NCBI GenBank assembly: GCA_965261385.1
Contig: CBDHDB010000001.1
Span: forward strand, 737,145-801,144
Source: Dehalococcoidia bacterium
GTDB taxonomy: Bacteria; Chloroflexota; Dehalococcoidia; Lucifugimonadales; Australimonadaceae
Reading direction: 5' to 3'
Length of the DNA stretch: 64,000 nucleotides
The notes under the pieces are model-generated. The model was not told the origin of the DNA and did no database searches. It saw nothing but the letters and a program-made list of their open reading frames with translations. A program made the position numbers and the translations under genes. Positions 48,455 to 57,354 of the stretch are shown piece by piece. Within the stretch, counting starts at the first letter, position 1. Every line of letters begins with the position of its first letter.

Positions 48455-48487
48455 CGGGGCCGCTTCCCCACCGAGGGGGCGGCCCCG
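48455..48487 (+). repeat. GC-rich intergenic stem-loop, CGGGGCCGC...GCGGCCCCG family
   Basis: 9-bp stem read directly from the sequence, upstream of ssb copy 1. Confidence 0.7.
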
Positions 48488-48544
48488 CCCATTCCACCGG
48501 GCGCGGCAAGGAGCCGCGTCACATCACACGCAAGGAGCACTGCA

Positions 48545-48940
48545 ATGCCGAAGACCATCAACCGAGTCGAGCTGCTGGGCCGCGTCGGGACCGACCCCGA
48601 GATGAAGCACACCAACGGCGGGACGGCCGTCGCCCAGCTGCGGCTGGCCACCGACCGCCCCCGTCAGAACGGGGAGACCGAGACCGACTGGCACACCGTC
48701 ATCTGCTGGTCCAAGTTGGCCGAGGCCGTCAACCAGTACGTCCACAAGGGCGACCGGCTCTACGTCGCCGGTCGGCTGGCCCAGAACAGCTACGAGACCT
48801 CCGACGGCCAGCGCCGCCACTCCACCGAGGTCCACGCCGCCGAGGTCGTCTTCCTCGACTCCCGCAACGGCGCCAACGCCAAGGCGGACGCCACGGGCGC
48901 GGCCGTCCCCGCCGGGCAGGCGGCCGACTCCCCCTTCTAG
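48545..48940 (+). CDS. ssb: Single-stranded DNA-binding protein, copy 1
   Basis: OB-fold N-terminus MPKTINRVELLGRVGTDPEMKHTNGG...WHTVICW...GDRLYVAGRLAQNSYE and C-terminal tip DSPF. Confidence 0.9.
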   Translation: MPKTINRVELLGRVGTDPEMKHTNGGTAVAQLRLATDRPRQNGETETDWHTVICWSKLAEAVNQYVHKGDRLYVAGRLAQNSYETSDGQRRHSTEVHAAEVVFLDSRNGANAKADATGAAVPAGQAADSPF

Positions 48941-48983
48941 CCCACGGAACGCATACGACGCCCGCCACGGCGGACGCAGCACA

Positions 48984-49016
48984 CGGGGCCGGTTCCCCGA
49001 CGGGGGAGCGGCCCCG
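48984..49016 (+). repeat. GC-rich intergenic stem-loop, same family
   Basis: 8-bp stem between ssb copies 1 and 2. Confidence 0.65.
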
Positions 49017-49068
49017 CCCATTCCACCGGGCGCGGCAAGGAGCCGCGCCACATCCAAGGAGCACTGCA

Positions 49069-49464
49069 ATGCCGAAGACCATCAACCGAGTCGAGCTGCT
49101 GGGCCGCGTCGGGACCGACCCCGAGATGAAATACACCAACGGCGGGACGGCCGTCACCCAGCTGCGGCTGGCCACCGACCGCCCCCGTCAGAACGGCGAG
49201 ACGGAGACCGACTGGCACACCGTCATCTGCTGGGCCAAGCTCGCCGAGGCCGTCAACCAGTACGTCCACAAGGGCGACCGGCTCTACGTCGCCGGACGCC
49301 TCGCCCAGAACAGCTACGAGACCCAGGACGGCCAGCGCCGTCACTCCACCGAGGTCCACGCCGCCGAGGTCGTCTTCCTCGACTCCCGCAACGGCGCCAA
49401 CGGCAAGGCGGACGCTGCGGGCGCGGCTGTCCCCGCCGGGCAGGCGGCCGACTCCCCCTTCTAG
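49069..49464 (+). CDS. ssb: Single-stranded DNA-binding protein, copy 2
   Basis: Near-identical to copy 1, differing at a handful of residues. 131 aa, ending DSPF. Confidence 0.9.
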   Translation: MPKTINRVELLGRVGTDPEMKYTNGGTAVTQLRLATDRPRQNGETETDWHTVICWAKLAEAVNQYVHKGDRLYVAGRLAQNSYETQDGQRRHSTEVHAAEVVFLDSRNGANGKADAAGAAVPAGQAADSPF

Positions 49465-49507
49465 CCCACGGAACGCATACGACGCCCGCCACGGCGGACG
49501 CAGCACA

Positions 49508-49540
49508 CGGGGCCGCTTCCCCGACGGGGGAGCGGCCCCG
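49508..49540 (+). repeat. GC-rich intergenic stem-loop, same family
   Basis: 9-bp stem between ssb copies 2 and 3. Confidence 0.7.
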
Positions 49541-49594
49541 CCCATTCACACCGGGCGCGGCAAGGCCGCGCCACTACACGCAAGGAGCACTGAG

Positions 49595-49658
49595 ATGCCG
49601 AAGACCATCAACCGAGTCGAACTGCTGGGCCGCGTCGGAACGGACCCCGAGATGCGCT
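49595..49658 (+). CDS. ssb: ssb copy 3, exon 1 (codons 1-21 plus 1 nt)
   Basis: ATG 49595 follows the same CAAGGAGCAC leader. The exon encodes MPKTINRVELLGRVGTDPEMR, then homology to copies 1 and 2 stops exactly where GTGCG begins. Confidence 0.8.
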
Positions 49659-50165
49659 GTGCGCCGCGTCACGCGGCATAGGATTCCCGATTTAGTCAGG
49701 AGAGATTCGGAGGAAGTCTCTGGGCCAACCGACCCACCTGGCGGCGAAAGCCAAAGGGGACAACAGCATGTCGGTAAAGCGGCTACAGCCTGAAAGCGTT
49801 GTAGGGCTGGTTCCGCAAGGCCCGCGCGATACGGTGAAAGCTGGATTGCTTGAACCCCAGTTCCCAAGCGGTGAAATCGGCACCCACCGGTAGAACGCTT
49901 GCAACCCGGTGCCACTCATTACGACGGTCTGTAGCGTGGACTGTTGCACCTCCGATGAGTGGGCGATGACCGATGAGGCCTATTCAAGGGGACGAACGGG
50001 GCACCTAAGTCGTGCTATCACGTCCTATGTCAACGGAACGCGGGATTGCCTACGGGGGGAGACCCCCACGGCAACGGAGCCCTCGTAGTAGTCCGAGCCG
50101 GGGAAAGCCCGGCACATGGCGAAGGAGGGCAGGTGTCAACGACGGAATACGACAGAGAGGTACTC

Positions 50166-51941
50166 ATGATGAGAACAGCCGAAACTGTACTGAACGTCAT
50201 ACGCGAACGCGGAGAACGAGGATTGCCGCTGGAGAACATCTATCGGCTACTGTACAACCGGAACCTGTACCTGCGGGCCTACGGTCGTCTCTACTCAAAC
50301 CAGGGAGCGATGACCAAGGGCACCACCGCAGAGACCGTGGACGGCATGTCACTGGCGAAAATCAACCGCATCATCGACGAGCTTCGTTACGAGCGGTTCC
50401 GGTGGACGCCGGTGCGCCGGGTCAGCATCCCCAAACCTAACGGGACGACCCGCGCCCTGGGCATACCGACGTGGACGGACAAGCTGCTGCAAGAGGTCAT
50501 CCGGATGATTCTGGAGGCCTACTACGAGCCGCAGTTCTCCGACCACTCTCACGGCTTCCGGCCCGACCGGGGATGCCACACCGCCTTAAACGAGGTGGTC
50601 ACTCACTGGACCGGTGCCCGCTGGTTCGTCGAGGGAGACATCAAGGGGTGCTTTGACAACATCGACCACGAGGTCCTGTTGTCGGTGTTGAGCGAGAAGC
50701 TCCACGACAACCGATTCCTACGCCTGCTCAAGTACCTACTGAAGGCAGGCTACCTTGAGGACTGGACATACGGCCGCACATTGAGCGGTACGCCGCAAGG
50801 TGGCGTGGTCAGCCCCATCCTCGCTAACGTCTACCTAGACCGGTTGGACAAGTTCGTCGAAACAGTGCTCATTCCAGCCCACACCCAAGGCACAGAACGA
50901 AGGCGCAATCTCACATGGAAAGCGTTGAACAGTCAAATGTCCTATCACCGGGGAAGGGGAAACCATGCGCAGGCGTTGGGACTGCGAAAGCAGATGCAAC
51001 AATTGCCATCAGGAGACCCCAACGACCCTGGCTACCGACGACTGCGATATGTCCGCTACGCGGACGACTTCGTGCTGGGCTTTATCGGGCCAAAGGCCGA
51101 AGCCGGGCAGATCAAGGATTCCTTGGAGACATTCCTGCGCGACACGCTCAAGCTGGAGCTATCCACGGAGAAAACTCTTATCACCCACGCCACCAGCCAG
51201 GCGGCGCGGTTCCTCGGTTACGAACTCATAAACCAACAAGCCAATGATAAGCACGACCCTACTGGGCGACGCAAAGTCAATGGCCGTATCGGATTACGGG
51301 TTCCCGCTAAAGTCATCGAACAACACTGCAGCGCCTACATGGGCAACGGCAAGCCGGCACACCGCGGCGGACTCATACACGATGATGACTTCTCCATCGT
51401 GAGCAGGTCCCAAGCGGAATTCCGGGGCGTCATTCAGTACTATCTCTTGGCCCTCAATGTCTCCCGTCTCGGGAGGTTACAGTGGGTCATGAGCCAGTCG
51501 CTGACCAAGACCCTTGCGGCAAAGCACAAGACCACACGCCGTGAAGTGCTTCGACGCTATAAGAGCGTCGCACAGACCGAGCATGGGGAACGTGCCTGCC
51601 TCAAGGTCGTGGTAGAGCGGGGCAATGGGAAACGCCCACTGGAGACGCAGTTCGGCGGCATACCCCTGAAGCGGAATAGGCAGGCCATCCTCGTAGACCA
51701 ACAGCCTCAACGGTACAGGTTCCACCGCAACGAGCTTATCAAACGGCTCCTAGCGGACGAATGCGAGTTGTGCGGGTCAACAGTGGACATACAAGTTCAC
51801 CACGTCCGCGCGCTTCGCGACCTGAACGTGAAAGGCCAAGGCCAAAAGTCCGAGTGGATACAAATCATGGCCGCAAGGCGACGCAAGACCCTCGTGGTCT
51901 GCCAACTCTGCCACATGGACATCCACGCAGGGCGCAAGTAA
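50166..51941 (+). CDS. Group II intron-encoded protein: reverse transcriptase / maturase / HNH endonuclease
   Basis: RT motifs RALGIPTWTDKLLQEV, HGFRPDRGCHTAL and YVRYADDFVLG. The HNH is CELCGS..VHHVRALRDL...CQLCHMDIHAG. I chose the start at ATG 50166 (MMRTAETVL). Confidence 0.9.
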   Translation: MMRTAETVLNVIRERGERGLPLENIYRLLYNRNLYLRAYGRLYSNQGAMTKGTTAETVDGMSLAKINRIIDELRYERFRWTPVRRVSIPKPNGTTRALGIPTWTDKLLQEVIRMILEAYYEPQFSDHSHGFRPDRGCHTALNEVVTHWTGARWFVEGDIKGCFDNIDHEVLLSVLSEKLHDNRFLRLLKYLLKAGYLEDWTYGRTLSGTPQGGVVSPILANVYLDRLDKFVETVLIPAHTQGTERRRNLTWKALNSQMSYHRGRGNHAQALGLRKQMQQLPSGDPNDPGYRRLRYVRYADDFVLGFIGPKAEAGQIKDSLETFLRDTLKLELSTEKTLITHATSQAARFLGYELINQQANDKHDPTGRRKVNGRIGLRVPAKVIEQHCSAYMGNGKPAHRGGLIHDDDFSIVSRSQAEFRGVIQYYLLALNVSRLGRLQWVMSQSLTKTLAAKHKTTRREVLRRYKSVAQTEHGERACLKVVVERGNGKRPLETQFGGIPLKRNRQAILVDQQPQRYRFHRNELIKRLLADECELCGSTVDIQVHHVRALRDLNVKGQGQKSEWIQIMAARRRKTLVVCQLCHMDIHAGRK

Positions 51942-52067
51942 TCCGCAATCGCACCCGTCGGTAGTATCTGACCTCAGACAACTGAGGCCAGAGCAGGTGT
52001 AACAATGTCATTCCGCTGGGATTGATGATACACTACGAGGCATAATGCGTCCTTGGAGTGCTGATTC

Positions 52068-52445
52068 ATGCCAATAGGACCTCTGCTCTTAGCGAGTGTA
52101 CCGTGGACAGAGCTTATCAAAGCTGCTCCTCGGATGATGGAATCTGCCATAAAGCTCTACGAAAACGTGAGCGGTCGGCAACCACGACGCCCATCACGAG
52201 GTACCACCACGGTTGATGACATTCCCGCCTTGCGCGAAGACGTAACAGAACTCCAGAGACATCTAGATATGTTGGAGAGCACTGATAAAACCCAGGCCGA
52301 ATTGATCAAAACCCAGGCCGAATTGATCGCCGAGTTGATTCGGCATCAGGCGTCCTTAGCGCGCTGGATAATCGTGCCAACGCTAACCTCGGTCGTGACG
52401 GGTATCGTCGCAATAGCTGCTCTCGTCGTTGTCGTCCTACAATAA
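52068..52445 (+). CDS. Low-GC extra ORF inside the intron: coiled-coil protein with a C-terminal TM anchor
   Basis: 125 aa. A heptad region contains the duplicated TQAELIK (a 2 x 21-nt tandem repeat at 52287-52328), and the C-terminus IIVPTLTSVVTGIVAIAALVVVVL is hydrophobic. The ORF lies between the IEP stop and domain V. Confidence 0.5.
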   Translation: MPIGPLLLASVPWTELIKAAPRMMESAIKLYENVSGRQPRRPSRGTTTVDDIPALREDVTELQRHLDMLESTDKTQAELIKTQAELIAELIRHQASLARWIIVPTLTSVVTGIVAIAALVVVVLQ

Positions 52446-52628
52446 GAAGGAAAAGTAGTCCCGACATTTGCAACCATTCATGCCGGGGCCATCGGGCCTA
52501 GACTCGGTAATCCTCCCAGATAGGACGTCCCGACCCCATCGCGTGCCCCCCCTCGGTCACCCTCGCGCCCATTAGCGTAGGGTGTTGGCCGAAAAAGACG
52601 AGACCTTCCGACGTATGAAGACACTGGA

Positions 52629-52662
<34 letters not shown>

Positions 52663-52725
52663 GGAGGGGGGCCGACGGAAAAGTGCTCTGATAACTCGGA
52701 GTAACTCGCCGGCGGCCTACCCTAC

Positions 52726-53054
52726 ACACCAACGGCGGGACGGCCGTCACCCAGCTGCGGCTGGCCACCGACCGTCCTCGCCAGAACGGGGAGACGGAGA
52801 CCGACTGGCACACCGTCATCTGCTGGGCCAAGTTGGCCGAGGCCGTCAACCAGTACGTCCACAAGGGCGACCGGCTCTACGTCGCCGGTCGGCTGGCCCA
52901 GAACAGCTACGAGACCTCCGACGGCCAGCGCCGCCACAACACCGAGGTCCACGCCGCCGAGGTCGTCTTCCTCGACTCCCGCAACGGGGCCAAGGCCACG
53001 GCGGACACCACAGAGGCTGTCCCGGCTGGGCAGGCGGCCGACTCCCCCTTCTAG
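52726..53054 (+). CDS. ssb: ssb copy 3, exon 2
   Basis: The sequence resumes ..(Y)TNGGTAVTQLRLATDRPRQNGETETDWHTVICWAKLAEAV... in frame with exon 1 and ends DSPF. Confidence 0.8.
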
Positions 53055-53097
53055 CCCGAAGGCACATGCCGACGTCCGCCATGGCGAACGCAACACA

Positions 53098-53130
53098 CGG
53101 GGCCGCCTCCCCACCGAGGGAGCGGCCCCG
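53098..53130 (+). repeat. GC-rich intergenic stem-loop, same family
   Basis: 9-bp stem after ssb copy 3. Confidence 0.7.
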
Positions 53131-53183
53131 CTTCCGTTCCAGAACCGAATCACCACTCAATCATCCCCCAGAAGGAGGCCGAG

Positions 53184-53717
53184 ATGACCACCAAGACGAG
53201 GCAGCCCAAGACCCCTCTTGCGAGCCCGGAGCAGGCGCTGCTGGACGCCCTGCGGCGCAACCTGCATGTCCTGGGCGAGCTCGCTGTGCGCTACGACATC
53301 GAGACCAAGCCCCAGCGTTTCGCGGGCGATCTCCCCGCCGTCCACAGCCCGGAGGACGTGCGCCGGCTGCTGCAGCCGGAGATGGCGGGACTCGCCCAGG
53401 AGCAGTTCCGGGCGCTGCTGCTGGACCGGAAGAACCGGGTCGTGGGGCAGCGGGTGATCTACCAGGGGAACGTGAGCGCGGTCTCCTCCATCAGGACGGC
53501 GGAGGTGCTGCGCCCCGCCGTGGTCGAGGCCGTCCCCGGCGTCATCGTTGCTCATAACCACCCGTCGGGCGACCCGGAGCCGAGCCCCGAGGACGTGGCG
53601 GTCACGAAGGCGCTGGTCGAGGCCGGGAAGCTCCTGGACATCGAGGTGCTCGACCACGTGGTCATCGGCTGCCCCGGCATCGTCAGCTTCAAGGAGCGGG
53701 GCCTCCTCCCCGCCTAG
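53184..53717 (+). CDS. radC: RadC-like JAB/MPN domain protein
   Basis: JAMM motif IVAHNHPSGDPEPSPEDVAVTKAL...LDHVVIG. Confidence 0.85.
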   Translation: MTTKTRQPKTPLASPEQALLDALRRNLHVLGELAVRYDIETKPQRFAGDLPAVHSPEDVRRLLQPEMAGLAQEQFRALLLDRKNRVVGQRVIYQGNVSAVSSIRTAEVLRPAVVEAVPGVIVAHNHPSGDPEPSPEDVAVTKALVEAGKLLDIEVLDHVVIGCPGIVSFKERGLLPA

Positions 53718-53825
53718 AACACCTCACGCTGCAAGTCCGGCGGCGCATGCCGTCCGGCCCCCACGCGGGGAAGACGCTCCCCACGCGCCGCTCGAACGCA
53801 TCAACACCTATGAAGGAGACAACCC

Positions 53826-54464
53826 ATGCAAGCGACAGACCGCGCCCCCCACCCCGAAGACCTGTTCACCATCAATGCCGGCGGCTTCTCCGCCACCGCC
53901 GACGCCTTCGCCCGCGACCCCGGCTCCGACGGCCTCTGGTTCCTCTCCATGCTCGGTTCCCAGACGGCGGTAAAGGCCATCTGGGCCTCCCTCCTCAAGC
54001 AGCCGCCCGACCCCGCCCACCTCATCCGCGGCGCCGACGGGATGGCGCTCTCGGGGGGTTACCAGCGCTGCGTCATCCCCCCGGAGACCGTGGGGACCTG
54101 GACGACGAAGATCGCCCGGCTGCCGGTCTCCGGCGGCTGGCACGCGATGGTCTACACGACCCTCGCCGAGTTCGGCTCGGACCGCGACGCCTTCCTCCTG
54201 CTGGCCCAGAGCGCGGAGGACGCTCCGGCGCTCCACCACCGCTTCCTCGACCGCCGGAGCCCGCTGCCCCTGCACCGCTCCTGGTCGGACTGGCTCTGGG
54301 ACCGGGGCCTCCGGAGCGGCGAGGTGGTCCCCCTCCAGTCCGTGGGGCTCGCGGCCTACCGGTGCGACCCCGACGGCGAGCAGTTACGGGACGACCTCTC
54401 CGAGGCCGTGGCGTCGGGAGTCCTGACGCTGCCCGAAGAGGCGCCCGTTGCGGCGGCTGCGTAA
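53826..54464 (+). CDS. Hypothetical protein
   Basis: 212 aa with an AAGGAGA RBS. No motif recognised. Confidence 0.5.
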   Translation: MQATDRAPHPEDLFTINAGGFSATADAFARDPGSDGLWFLSMLGSQTAVKAIWASLLKQPPDPAHLIRGADGMALSGGYQRCVIPPETVGTWTTKIARLPVSGGWHAMVYTTLAEFGSDRDAFLLLAQSAEDAPALHHRFLDRRSPLPLHRSWSDWLWDRGLRSGEVVPLQSVGLAAYRCDPDGEQLRDDLSEAVASGVLTLPEEAPVAAAA

Positions 54465-54537
54465 GGAAGGGGCGGGCGCGCAAGGCCCGCTCACGGGTCC
54501 CATCGGCCTCACATCACACGCAGGAGACATCACGCCC

Positions 54538-55107
54538 ATGATCGATCACCAGCACGACGACGGCGGCCGGGAAGCCGCCGGCTACCGGGGCAAGACGGGC
54601 GACTGCGTCGTCCGCGCCATCGCCATCTGCGCCCGCCAGGACTATCGGACCGTCTACCTCACGATGGCCGAGCACATGAAGCGCAACGGCTACGCCGCGA
54701 GCGGCAACGCCTACGCGATACGGGAGCGCAACCGCAAAGCGCCCCGCCGCAAGGGCCAGTTCACCGCCCGGCGCGTCCAGGACCGCGTCCTCGAGCTCTA
54801 CGGCTTCCAGAAGGTCCGCCTCCCGGCGGGAGCGCGCCCGACCTTCACTGAGGCGCACCGCCGCTACGGGGACTGCATCGTCGGCACGACGAAGCACGCG
54901 GCGGCCGTCGTGGACGGGGCGCTGCGCGACATCTTCGACGGCCGCACCTACGAGTGGGCCAAGCCCCGGACGGAGTCCGCGTGGGACGTCTTCCGCCCGG
55001 CGGAACAGGCCGGCTTCGAGACGCGCGAGCGCAAGGCCCAGTCCGTCTGGGTGGAGACCTCCAGAGGGCAAGAGACAGACGAGACAGAGAAAGGAGCGAC
55101 GATATGA
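54538..55107 (+). CDS. Hypothetical protein with a possible Cys/His (papain-like) dyad
   Basis: ATG 54538 follows the CACACGCAGGAGA leader. The protein contains GDCVVRAIAI near the N-terminus and TKHAAAVVDG about 125 aa later. The stop has an ATGA overlap with the methyltransferase start. Confidence 0.45.
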   Translation: MIDHQHDDGGREAAGYRGKTGDCVVRAIAICARQDYRTVYLTMAEHMKRNGYAASGNAYAIRERNRKAPRRKGQFTARRVQDRVLELYGFQKVRLPAGARPTFTEAHRRYGDCIVGTTKHAAAVVDGALRDIFDGRTYEWAKPRTESAWDVFRPAEQAGFETRERKAQSVWVETSRGQETDETEKGATI

Positions 55108-56141
55108 GACTAGCGGCACAGGCCAAGGGGGGCTTCTACCCCACGCCGCCCCGCGTGATCGACCTGATCGCGGGGCTGGTCTCCGCCCCGGTCAGCTACC
55201 GCGGGCGGGGCCAGGAGGCGCTCCGCATCCTCGACCCCTGCTGCGGGGCCGGTGATGCGGCCGCCCGGCTGGCGGAGCGTCTGGGCAAACGCAACGGCCC
55301 GCCCATCGAGACCTTCGGGGTGGAACTGCACCGGGAGCGGGCGCAGGAGGCGTCGGAGCGGCTGGACCGCGCCCTCGCCGCCGACCTCTTCCAGACCTCC
55401 GTCGCCAACGGGGCCTTCGGCCTCCTGTTTCTGAATCCGCCCTATGACTACGATTCGGAAAACAGGCGGACGGAGCACGCCTTCCTCGTCCAATGCACCC
55501 GCTATCTGGCGGAGGACGGCCTGCTGGTCTTCATCGTTCCCCGCCAGCGGCTGGAAGTCTCCGCCCGGTACCTGGCCTCCCACTACCGGAATATCCGCTG
55601 CTGGGCGTTCCCCAGCCCGGAACGGGAGGTCTTCGACCAGGTGGTCCTCATGGGCTGCCGCCGGGCGGAGCCGCACCTCGACACCCACGCCGAGGCGCAG
55701 GTGCTGGAGTGGGCGGCGGGGGAGCTTGAGGAACTCTCGCGTCAGCCCTACCCCGTCGTGGACGCCCCCGCCGCGCCGGCGGGCGAGGTCCTCTTCGCCA
55801 ACCGCACCGTCGACCCCCTGGCGGCCGCTGCCGAGGCGCGGCGGTCGGGGCTGTGGGCCAGCGCCGGGGTGACCGATTCCCTCTGGCCCGCCAAGGATGC
55901 AAAGACCCGTCCGCTGATGCCGCTGCGGCGGGGCCACATGGCCATGCTGGTGGCGGCGGGCTTCCTGGACAACCTCTGCCTGGAGGCCAACGGCAGCCGC
56001 ATCCTGGTCAAGGGCAGGACCTCCAAGGAGGTCGTGCTGGCCGAGGAGACGGAGACCGCCGAGGTCTACCGGGACCGGCTGAAGACCACCGTCGTCGCCC
56101 TCGACCTGGACGGCGGCGTCATCACCGACATCGCCGCCTGA
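55104..56141 (+). CDS. Orphan N6-adenine DNA methyltransferase (NPPY)
   Basis: Motif I ILDPCCGAGDAA and motif IV LLFLNPPYDYD. No cognate nuclease is adjacent. Confidence 0.75.
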   Translation: MRLAAQAKGGFYPTPPRVIDLIAGLVSAPVSYRGRGQEALRILDPCCGAGDAAARLAERLGKRNGPPIETFGVELHRERAQEASERLDRALAADLFQTSVANGAFGLLFLNPPYDYDSENRRTEHAFLVQCTRYLAEDGLLVFIVPRQRLEVSARYLASHYRNIRCWAFPSPEREVFDQVVLMGCRRAEPHLDTHAEAQVLEWAAGELEELSRQPYPVVDAPAAPAGEVLFANRTVDPLAAAAEARRSGLWASAGVTDSLWPAKDAKTRPLMPLRRGHMAMLVAAGFLDNLCLEANGSRILVKGRTSKEVVLAEETETAEVYRDRLKTTVVALDLDGGVITDIAA

Positions 56142-56257
56142 GACGGTTCTACGAAGAGCCGCGTCACGAGGCCCCTTGGTCCCTCCGAGGACCACGGGTG
56201 CTCGCCCTCTCTCACGCAACCCCCAAGCGCATCCCCATCCAGGGAAAGGAGGAGCCC

Positions 56258-56485
56258 ATGCACGCCAAAGCCAGCCCCGCGCTCGACGTCGAGACCTGCG
56301 CCTGGTGTGAGCGGCCGGTCCGCTCCGGCGACCCCGTCGCCCAGACCGCCACGGTGGACATCATCGACGGAAGGGCCGCCGCCTCTCCGGCAAGGTCCTA
56401 CCACATCGAGGGCGGCTGCTACCACGCCGCCAAGCAACAGGAACAGGCGGCCATGGCCGCCCGCAGAAAGGCAGCCAACGCCTAG
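56258..56485 (+). CDS. Small Cys-containing hypothetical protein
   Basis: 75 aa with a GGAAAGGAGGAG RBS. It contains CAWCERP. Confidence 0.4.
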   Translation: MHAKASPALDVETCAWCERPVRSGDPVAQTATVDIIDGRAAASPARSYHIEGGCYHAAKQQEQAAMAARRKAANA

Positions 56486-56583
56486 ACGGTCCCCACGACG
56501 GGGCCGCGTCACGGGGCCTGTCTCCCACCGGAGGCCGGCCCCGCCTGTTTCACGCCAAAACCAAGATACAAGGAGAAGACCCC

Positions 56584-56787
56584 ATGGTCCTGAAAGGCGT
56601 CAACTGCCCCGCCTGCGGCGGGAGGGAATTCACACCGGAAGAGCTCGTCGAGGACGACGAGCTGACCGGCATCTACCTGCGGTGCGCGCGCGGCTGCGGC
56701 TTCTACTCCTACGAGGCGGGCGACCGCTGCGGCTGGAGCGCCGTCGGGCCGAATGAGGCCGACCCGTGCGCCCCGCCGCGCCGATAG
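56584..56787 (+). CDS. Small zinc-ribbon protein
   Basis: 67 aa with CPACGG...CARGCG and an AAGGAGAAG RBS. Confidence 0.45.
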   Translation: MVLKGVNCPACGGREFTPEELVEDDELTGIYLRCARGCGFYSYEAGDRCGWSAVGPNEADPCAPPRR

Positions 56788-56879
56788 GAGGCGCGCGCAG
56801 CCCGCATGCGCAACCACGGGACCGATGCGGACGGCCTCGCCTTCCGTCTCGGCTGCAAGACCATCAACCGGAGGACACC

Positions 56880-57200
56880 GTGACCACAACACCGAGAACC
56901 CACCCCGCGACCGCAGGCTGCCCGCAGTGCGAGCACGAGGTGGAGACGACCCTGTACGTCCGCTCCGACGGCGTCTCCGCATACGTCTACGGGCAGCACT
57001 GCCCCGCATGCGACGAGGCCGTGGCCATGGACGTGGAATTCGAGATGCCGGAACCGCCCCCACTGCGGAACCTCACCGAGTGCCACGCGCCCGGCTGCGG
57101 CAGCCAGCGCTTCAACCTGAATGTCGCAGGCGGCGTCTACTGCGCCAAGTGCGGCTCGCAACAGCGCAAGGCATGGCGTCTCGGCTATCCGCGCAACTAG
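56880..57200 (+). CDS. Small double zinc-ribbon protein
   Basis: GTG 56880 follows GGAGGA. The protein carries four Cys pairs: CPQC, CPAC, C..GC and CAKCG. Confidence 0.45.
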   Translation: MTTTPRTHPATAGCPQCEHEVETTLYVRSDGVSAYVYGQHCPACDEAVAMDVEFEMPEPPPLRNLTECHAPGCGSQRFNLNVAGGVYCAKCGSQQRKAWRLGYPRN

Positions 57201-57269
57201 GCGCGGAGCACGGCGGGAGGCCGCACGGCCCTCAGCGCGACGAGCAAGACGGAGCATCGATCCGCCCCA

Positions 57270-57301
57270 CGGGGCCGCGCTCCCCATGGGAGGCGGCCCC
57301 G
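57270..57301 (+). repeat. GC-rich intergenic stem-loop, same family
   Basis: CGGGGCCGC ... GCGGCCCCG upstream of the SNF2 gene. Confidence 0.7.
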
Positions 57302-57354
57302 CCCCCTGTCCCCGCCCCCCACCACACCCCCTCTCCCAGGAAAGGAGCAGACCC

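Noticed and set aside
48430-49600. Regularly spaced repeats as a possible CRISPR array
   Set aside because: The repeat period is about 525 bp and each unit encodes a full ssb gene. There are no short repeat/spacer alternations and no cas genes.
50046-51941. The reverse transcriptase as a retron, DGR or Abi-type defence RT
   Set aside because: It carries a maturase (X) region and a C-terminal HNH domain. It is embedded between a GTGCG 5' end and a canonical domain V/VI, and its removal restores ssb. It is therefore a group II intron IEP.
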